Assembly: GCF_964204645.1 (NCBI RefSeq)
Contig: NC_134028.1
Location: 26,842,345-26,906,344, forward strand
Reading direction: 5' to 3'
From: Tubulanus polymorphus
Lineage: Eukaryota > Animalia > Nemertea
DNA length: 64,000 nt
The notes under the pieces are model-generated. The model ran no database searches. It was not told the DNA's origin and saw nothing but the letters and a program-made list of their open reading frames with translations. How positions within the stretch are numbered: the first letter of the stretch is position 1; each line of letters starts with the position of its first letter. Positions 56,045 to 64,000 of this stretch are shown here, piece after piece. A program made the position numbers and the translations under genes.

Positions 56045-57202
56045 TCAGTGGATGCTACGGGAATTCAAATTCGCCAATTCCATTTTATCGTGGTTGCCTA
56101 TATCGATATCGTCGTCATCCGACGGTATTTCGTTAACGTTACAGCTACGGTTTGAGTTCTGTTGTGTGCGCCGCGGTAAAACACTCGTCTCAACGGTCAG
56201 CGCCGAATTGACGTCGGCGGCTGCCGAACATTTAAAGGCTTTGGCAAAACTCTTTCTAAAGTTATCGCTGAGAAAAGCGTATAAAATCGGATTTAACATA
56301 CTATTGGCGTAACTAAATACTGTTAGAAATTGCATTATAATGATTTTTGCGCGACCTTTTTCGGCCGACGAGTTCTCCTTGCTCAGGAAGGTCAGATGTA
56401 CTTGAAATATCCAAAACGGCAACCAACATATTACATAAACGGCAATGACGGTTAGGACCATGCGAGTGACTTTGCGATGCGATTTCTTCTTTTCTTTCGA
56501 CTGTTTCATGTGCGGACCGACCCTCTTCAATCTAGCTAACACTAGACTGTAGAATACGACGATTAACGAAACGGGTATCGCGAACGCGAGAAGGAACGTA
56601 TACCAGACGAATGCTTTATCCGGCGGTATCGGCTGACCACTCGGCCACAGTATCGTACATCGTGGTAGACCATCGCGATCCCAATATAAATTCGCGTATA
56701 GAATCACCGGTACCATGACCAGTAACGATAGAGTCCATACGCCTAAACAAACGAGCTTCGATATCAGCGGTGTTCTGTAACGCATCGACGTTATCGGGTG
56801 ACAAACGGCTAAGTATCTATCGGTGCCCATCACTGCCAATGAGAAAACGCTAGTAAACCAGTTAGTCGAGGTGAGAATCAGAAAGATTTTACACACGTGA
56901 ACTCCAAATATCCAATATTTTTTGAACATCGTCACAATGAGTAACGGCAGTCCGATCAAGAACGACATATCGGCCACCGCTAGATTTAAGATGTACATGT
57001 TCGTTACTGTTTTCATTTTTGCGTAACGCAGTATAACGAATATAACCAAACCGTTACCGAACAATCCGGCTATACAGATAATGATCTGTAATAGCGTGGC
57101 GATTACATCGACTACAACATTCACGTCTCCGGGACCACCTCTTCTCGTACAGTTATCCGTTACATTTAAAGTACAAAAATATTCACTTGAATTATTCGAC
57201 AT
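56045..57202 (-). CDS. AstC-R: Allatostatin-C receptor / somatostatin-receptor-like class A GPCR, 385 aa, single coding exon
   Basis: Seven hydrophobic segments with class A motifs: GLFGNGLV (TM1), LNLAVAD (TM2), DRY (TM3), CWLP (TM6) and NPILY (TM7). SSTR/AstC-R signatures YAKMKTVTNMYILNLA and YANSMLNPILYAFLSDNFRKSF are present. The third loop SKEKKKSHRKVTRMVLTVI resembles protostome AstC receptors. N-terminal sequons NNS, NVT and NCT; Cys after helix 8 (AFKC); A at -3 of the ATG. Confidence 0.93.
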   Translation of the reverse strand: MSNNSSEYFCTLNVTDNCTRRGGPGDVNVVVDVIATLLQIIICIAGLFGNGLVIFVILRYAKMKTVTNMYILNLAVADMSFLIGLPLLIVTMFKKYWIFGVHVCKIFLILTSTNWFTSVFSLAVMGTDRYLAVCHPITSMRYRTPLISKLVCLGVWTLSLLVMVPVILYANLYWDRDGLPRCTILWPSGQPIPPDKAFVWYTFLLAFAIPVSLIVVFYSLVLARLKRVGPHMKQSKEKKKSHRKVTRMVLTVIAVYVICWLPFWIFQVHLTFLSKENSSAEKGRAKIIIMQFLTVFSYANSMLNPILYAFLSDNFRKSFAKAFKCSAAADVNSALTVETSVLPRRTQQNSNRSCNVNEIPSDDDDIDIGNHDKMELANLNSRSIH

Positions 57203-57824
57203 CGTTTTTGTTTTTGTTTTCTTATTTTCTGATTCGAATAATATACTTTAGATGATACAGCGACGATATACTTGGTCTTACTTGTATTTGAATTTTATAA
57301 ATGCGCCCAGCCTTCCATTGATTAGTATCGGTGACGATTAACTAGTTTTTAACGATATTTCACCCGCTGCTCGGCAGCTATAGCATATATCGTGTCTTGT
57401 ACGGGTGATGTCGTTATTTCCGCGCTCACAAAAAAACACACAGCGTCGTTGCTTCTGCAGTTTACGTTAACAGCGAATTGTATCTCCGCGGAGATTCGTA
57501 AAAGTATCTCACAATAGACGACAGTGTTCTACTAGCCATGCGTCGAACATCGGTGGAGACTTCAAAAAAGTGACGACGGTTCCTGTTGAACATCGATAAA
57601 ACCGGCTGTAAAATCCGCGTGAGTCGACGGGACCAGAAAGTTCTTTTAGCTGTCAAATATGTCACTTGGGTGTTGAAAGCCACTAAACAACGCAAAGCAC
57701 GTATTGATCTCAAACTACTGGAATCTTTCCTAAAAGCGGTGTCGATGTCTCGGAGTGTGAGATTCTGTACGGCAGCGAGACGCGACTAGCTGTTGCCTTT
57801 CTCAGCGAACGTTTCAGCGAGCAG

Positions 57825-57832
57825 TGACGTCA
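57825..57832. promoter_or_regulatory. Full CRE palindrome TGACGTCA in a GC/CpG-rich patch ~620 bp upstream of the GPCR ATG (candidate proximal promoter)
   Basis: The motif is seen directly, next to GC-rich 57770-57950. Function is inferred only. Confidence 0.3.
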
Positions 57833-58926
57833 TGAGAGCAACGCTTCTGGCGCAGAACGTGTGCGATGTACTGACGAACGCAACAGCAGCGGCAGCAGCA
57901 GCGGCTGCGAACACGCGCGTGCGCGAGGATCTGCCGTCAGGGCCATGACGTGATTATTAATCACAATGTCAACGATGACGACTTCAACGTAATGACATCT
58001 ATTTACTGCATGATGAATTGAGACAGAGAGAAATATCTGCAGAATTAATATATTTCACCTTCGAGTCAACAATGCGTGGGCGCTGCCGGTGAACCTAAAC
58101 AATACAACTTGACATAACCGATCCTCAAATCACGCATAGCCTACACCGTCAACTTGTTTTTAGCACTGAAGAAATAATAATAGTTCGTTATTTCTTTTCC
58201 TCATTTTCAAAGATCAAAGCAAGCGCTGTTGCATAAGCCGTTCGTTCGAGCGAGTAAAAAGCTTTTATAGGAAACCTTTCACGATGCCGAATATTTCAGC
58301 CCCCGTAGAAAACCCCGACTCATAGATCAGAATTATTTCTAACTCAAAGCGGTAGATATCTTGTCATAAGAATCAAATTGTCAGACTTGTGAATTCCTGC
58401 CGTGTATAGACAGCCTTTTCCTTTCGCAATTAGGTTCAATGTATTGCGACGATGGATAAAAAGAGCGTTAGGTCCGTCCGCATCTATTTCTATTCCAGTA
58501 ACGTGTTATTACGTCCAATTCGGTTCATTATCTCTTATTGTGTTCTAGCATAGGTTTCTTTGTGACGCTATAGAAGAATAGAAGTTCATACGTGAATGAT
58601 ATCTTCATTTATTAGTATTCTTAAGCGACGGACCCGCAATTTCTAGTAAGTGATTATACAACATTTCATCATCAATTGTTATTTGGCGAATATACCTATT
58701 ATCGTGTATAGTTACCATATTATTGACGAATAAACGCCATAATGTATATATCTAGATGTAATATTAATCCTAATTATATGCAATAAAGATGATTAATGCA
58801 ATTAACATCAATTGGTCGTACACGTAAAAAAAGTGGTGCGCGTAGTCTGCGTAATCTCCGCTGGAGAGACATTCAACGACAGAGCTTTGTACGTAAATCG
58901 AGACGTCGTAACGCGATAGATCTCAA

Positions 58927-59015
58927 TTAATCGACCAGGAACGGCTCAATCTGAATTTCACCTCGCGGGAATGTCTTATTAGTAATATGATTAATACCCG
59001 TTCCTGATCGACTAA
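58927..59015. repeat. Inverted repeat, 18-bp arms with 2 mismatches
   Basis: TTAATCGACCAGGAACGG ... CCGTTCCTGATCGACTAA. Confidence 0.65.
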
Positions 59016-59999
59016 CCTTATTACGAAGTCTATATATGTAAGAATAGCAGGAATTCGATTGCAGATCACTTGTATCTATCTATCTATAGGAAGCACACAT
59101 TTACATCATTGATCACGGCGTAATTTGGTTTACAATATGATGTTATTGAGACTTAACTCAATTGCGCTCATAATCCTATGTTATATCTCGATTTGTATCT
59201 GAATCGAGTCATCTCAACACTACAATCCCCCCCTCCCCTCCCCCTCCCCCCCTGAATGAAAATAAAAGTCACATGTACTACGCCAAGTTCGGCTGTTATT
59301 TGAGTAAACGACTGTTTGTGTTATTAGTTCATTATGCATACCGTGACGTCACTAGGTTATAGAACGCCATCTCTCGGTATTTTACTGTTGGAAATTAGAA
59401 AATGTAAACCCCTTAAGACACACTCTATGCATCCCTGTATACAAAATCTGACCACCGTATGTGCCGCGATATAAAGAGTAGGTCTAGAATTAACGGGATA
59501 CATTTCTTCACCACCGTCCGATCATCATTTTTACGCGCACACGGAGCTGCGCACACAGCGCACACGGCACACACGGTGCTAACGACATATGTCATAATAA
59601 TCAAAGGCAGTTGGTAAGAAGATTACACACAGTGCCTTGTGTTCTCTGGCTTGTGATGTCGGTGCAGCTGAAAATAATTAATAACTGGAGTAATTAATGA
59701 ATAAAGCGGTATAGAGGACAGTGGAAGACAGTGGACATAATCGCATTGTACACAATATATGCGTCTCGTGACCAGTGACAATAAGTTATATTATATACTA
59801 TAGTTCCGCGAGGGCTTCGAAAATTCTCAGCTTAGATGAATATTCAAAATGAAAAGAGTGTAAATTCGGGATCCACTTTTAAAGGGATTTTGCTTATCGA
59901 TAATGAGTAACTGATTTTTATCTTGATTATGTATATAATTTGTAAATATTCGACTCGCTTATCAGCCGCTTAATGCCGCGTTACGATTAGGTTGTTCCG

Positions 60000-60105
60000 G
60001 ATCCAGTTCCATAGTTGTGAGTTAGACGTTTACTCTGAGTTAAAATTAGTTCTTTTTCAAGTTAACTCTGAGTTAGATCTTAACTCACAACTTTGGAACT
60101 GGATC
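60000..60105. mobile_element. Hairpin MITE family A, copy 2
   Basis: GATCCAGTTCCATAGTTGTGAGTTAG...CTTAACTCACAACTTTGGAACTGGATC; colinear with 48312-48419. Confidence 0.88.
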
Positions 60106-60678
60106 TTGATCTACATTTAGTGCGTTAACTTCGTTTACAATCCCAAGTTTTTTAACAAGTTCTTAGACATTAAACGTTAACTCTGACACTGTTAGTGGTC
60201 TTTCAGGGCTAGTAGTATTCCCGTCATAACCGAGGTTCTCACGATTGCTCGCATAACATTGAAGCATCTTTCTATTGTTAAAGGTTTCTTCTACTGCATC
60301 ATTTATCAACGTCGTTCACCTTGGATTCATCGTCCTATAACAAATCATCGGTTCTTTGTTTAGAGAGAAACAATGCAAGCTTTCGAGTAGAGCTTAAACA
60401 CAGATAGTTTATACCCGTTAAACAAAGCTATACTCTAAAAATACGTAAACCCAATTAGAAATAAATACTTAAAAACAGCTTCCAAGAAATACAACAAAAG
60501 AAGTTCAGCTCTACAGTTATAAAGAAACCTGGAACCGGTTTAGTAGATCGATTTAAAGTGTTATCATTCGCGATGGCAAAATACAAACAAAACTTTGCTT
60601 TAAGTAATCTGTGAAACGGATAGTTTTACCTGCTCTCTACGTCACCACCCGGCACATTATATAGATAAATAATCAGAA

Positions 60679-60772
60679 AGACTTGCGATCACACGGAGAC
60701 TTGCGATCACACGGAGACTTGCGATCACACGGAGACTTGCGATCACACGGAGACTTGCGATCACACGGAGAC
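60679..60772. repeat. Minisatellite, 18-bp unit x 5.2, perfect
   Basis: AGACTTGCGATCACACGG at 60679, 60697, 60715, 60733 and 60751. Confidence 0.97.
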
Positions 60773-61477
60773 GATTTGTCACTCAATAATGTACACAAAA
60801 CAGAAGTTCGAGTTGAATATTCTCAAACACAGTCCTTAAATAAATCATTGAATAAATCGATGCCCAAAGCAACTTCTTAAAACTGAAATTCTGACGATTC
60901 TATTTTTACACTACAGAGTCTTGTCGCGTTATCGTTTGCCACGATTCTTGGCGCATATCTGTCATTGACTTTTTAAATGATCATAAAAATATGATAAGTT
61001 TCAAGGTTTTGTAAGTAATCAAACGTGTTTATACAGGCAACGTTGGCGGCATTTAGATAAATTACTGCCTAGTTTATTATCGCAATTTATTTCCAAACTT
61101 GACGTTATTTGAATTGGGAGGCTGCTGCGCAGTTTGTTCACGGTTATATTAGAATTAATTGATGTAGTAGTCGTGCTGTTTGCCACTTCAAAACGGTGCA
61201 ACCATAAAATCAGCTTCATCCCCGTCGAAACGTATGAGTGCTAATGAACAACATCCCAGCAGATCGGTTTCAAGTTGTAAAAATAAGTTCGCTTACGATC
61301 AATTATGACCTGGTTTTTATACTCCCGGAGCCTCCGATAAACAACACATTTCCTTCTGTAATTCTCCGTGTATATATAGGTTTGGTATTTTATTTAAGTA
61401 ACTAAGAGTAGAAAAGAAGTTGATTCTAAAATGTAGAATTAGGACGTAGAAGGCCTATTGCTATAAGTGATGAGAAT

Positions 61478-61620
61478 CTGGTAGATCCTCACTTGCCACA
61501 TGTAGAACTCACGATTGGAAAAGTAGTTCTGACGTTCTACTCTTCACTAGCGACACCTGGTGGATCCTCACGTGCCCAAACTGGAAACCTCGATTGCCAC
61601 AGTAGCGGCGGAAGTCCCTG
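61478..61620 (+). mobile_element. Family C repeat fragment with tandem subrepeats
   Basis: GATCCTCACTTGCCACA ... GCGACACCTGGTGGATCCTCAC...TGGAAACCTCGATTGCCACAGTAGCGG. Confidence 0.75.
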
Positions 61621-62171
61621 CAGAGAACATGTCCACGGCCAATAACTAGTAGACACAACTTTCATAGAATTTGTTTGTCCTATAATTCGCCAAGTGGAAG
61701 GCTTTTTCTGAATACGATAAGGCGCGAAATAATCTCCTCGAATTCGTATCGGATAATTGAGTAGTGCGTTTATTTTTCACACGTTCGCTGTTGAGATGTT
61801 TTGAAGGGTTTTTTATGGAAATGATTGATAAATTGAACTTCAGCTACACGTGATATTCGTACCCGATATAACAACCTATTATTGTCGACGCGTATCCCGT
61901 CGTCACAGCACGATCTGGATCTGTACAGGTGAGCTCAACAATTATGAAGAATAATAATCCTAAATTTGGATCTTCTCTTCTTCTACGGATGAAGTTCTTG
62001 CCGATCGATCGTCAAGTAACAGGTGCGCCGTGGCTTGATGATTGGAAATATACATCCGTGCAGATTAGGCGATAGAACACCGTGCGATTATACATAAGAC
62101 AGTTAATAGAGTTCTTCGCCATGTTGTTCTGCGTGCATTAATTTTTCAGGGTAGGAGGTTTGCAACCATTG

Positions 62172-62361
62172 AAACTTCACCGATAACCTCAGTGTCTGAT
62201 AAAACCACGGACACGAACGATATTCTCTCGATACTTTTTAGATTAACTGTGGCTTCAAACCACCAGAAATCCAGTTTCACCAAACCGATTGTTATAGGTA
62301 CACTAGGGTCGTAGAGCGACGGAGATCTCTGTAAGAGACAATCACTGCCAGGAATGGGTGA
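62172..62361 (+). repeat. Dispersed repeat (family F), copy 2, with an extra internal segment
   Basis: Two blocks colinear with 32700-32811, separated by about 85 additional bp. Confidence 0.78.
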
Positions 62362-64000
62362 TTCGAAAACGTGCTTTCCGGCACGTTTCGTTACAGGTCA
62401 TCGATGGTCAGCTCGATGTCGTGAATAGGCGCGTCGTCGATGTAAACTCATTTATTCATGAAGAAAAAAGATGTATCTACTACCAAACAGGTAGAAAGAC
62501 AGATTTTTGATAAAACCAGGCAGACGGTACCGACAAGAACTGGGAGATCTGTAACCCATGGTGATGATGTCGAGCTGATTTTGCTTATCTTTAATGGAGT
62601 ATAGGATTATAGCGTGGAGGCCCGTAAACATGTTTACTTTAGTGTTCCAGGTTAAATCTGTCGGCGGCCGACGTTTAGGGGAGCGAGCACTGAACAAACA
62701 TCGACGTCGTCATATCAGCCGATAATTATCTGCGTCCAGAATTTACATTGCTAGATCATTAGAAAATGTTCCAGCAGAGATTGATGTTTAAAATACAAAC
62801 GACGATGCGTGCCACGGTTGCCGTGCACTTGTTCACCTCTTAAGACTGTTCGTTTTTATGAGAAAAGTTCGATAGACAAACATAATTCCAATTTACATTC
62901 AATTTGGTTTCCGTGGACTTGTCGCTGTTTATCTTCGATTCGATGAATCATCCAGAATATTGTAAGAAGAAAAAATATCTCTTGTTACGAACGTTTTGGA
63001 AACTGAATCAGATTTGATAAAATACTATGAATCCGTGTTTGGTGATATCGTGAAGACGATTCCACAATAATGACGAATAACAAAGTCCGAAAATGTTTTC
63101 TAGAACTAGGAGTTTATTCCACGTTTCGAATAGTCATCTTCAGGTCAAGGAATCATCTTCGGACTTAATTTTGTCGTTATCATTTCGGGATTCTCTCTAC
63201 ATGACCCATTGAATATTTGAAGTTTGGAGTTTCTTTTTATGTATAACATAACCTACAAACACGATATTATTCGACCTGAGACCATTTCGAACAGAAGACA
63301 AATAACGACTTATTTCAAAGATAATGAGTAACTGTAGGAATTGTGAAATTATCATTCATTGTGACGTCTATGAATACTTCATTGTATTCTACTTAGATTC
63401 CGATTGATTTTGAGACATGTTCTGTATAGATAAACGTCAAAGGCGTTATTTCATTTCTAACAATATTCATCGCAATACTTATACGGATTCTGTTGGGATA
63501 TTTATTGCGCTGTATAATAACGAGATACATTGAATTATACTTACTGTCTCCAGATTAAGTTAAAAGAACATTAAAAGAGGGCAGGTCTGTAGGATGAAAC
63601 AGGGCACTTTTGCAAAATATCTGGGGGGGGGGGGGCTGTAAACTATACTACACAGATCTACACACGTAGTTGAATAGTTGATGATTTAGAATAGTTTGGT
63701 TTGAAGTCTCGAAACGCTGAGAGGAGTGTGCACGTCTAATACCTGTTGCTTGTGGTATTTCTGTCCCGAGCAGGTGAAGATTTACTTTCACCTGTTCTTA
63801 TCTTTGCACTGATTAGTTATTGTTTCCGTTCGTTTTTGTTTAGATGTTTTTTATTACCAGCCGCAGGGTCGACCAGAGTTTAAACGCTATCCATCATAGA
63901 CTAACCCTTTTCACCTCTTCGCCCCTCTGTGCGATTACATGAGATATGCGCTAAAAAGAGTTGAAATTTTAGATATTTATACTACGCCATCCTGCAGCGG

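Noticed and set aside
56052-56804. Short ORFs overlapping the GPCR (56052-56312 +, 56616-56804 -)
   Set aside because: Shadow frames of the real CDS
57462-57713. 83-aa upstream ORF on the GPCR strand
   Set aside because: Non-ATG start and no recognisable features
60683-60880. LRSHGD-repeat peptide as a neuropeptide-precursor-like ORF
   Set aside because: No signal peptide or dibasic cleavage sites, non-ATG start, and the units are identical at DNA level

Overview
Eukaryotic, non-vertebrate-looking animal genomic DNA: AT-rich, with no visible CpG depletion, microsatellites, tRNA-derived SINEs and MITEs. The only coding region I can support is an intronless class A GPCR on the minus strand (56045-57202). 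It is an allatostatin-C receptor/somatostatin-receptor-like protein. The ~56 kb downstream of it has no recognisable coding sequence. That stretch holds simple repeats, four minisatellites (a fifth lies upstream of the gene) and several short interspersed families that I defined from matches within the window. These are a ~100-bp hairpin MITE, a Harbinger-like foldback MITE, a TIR element carrying CTCF-like motifs, SINE pieces, and two tiny (36 and 23 bp) CA...TG elements with 7-bp flanking duplications. There is no CRISPR array or prokaryotic system, and I cannot support a claim of a novel multi-gene system. The best leads are the minimal TIR-only elements, the repeat-borne CTCF-like motifs, a motif shared by unrelated repeats, and an apparent excess of CRE palindromes. 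All alignments were done by eye, so repeat boundaries are approximate.
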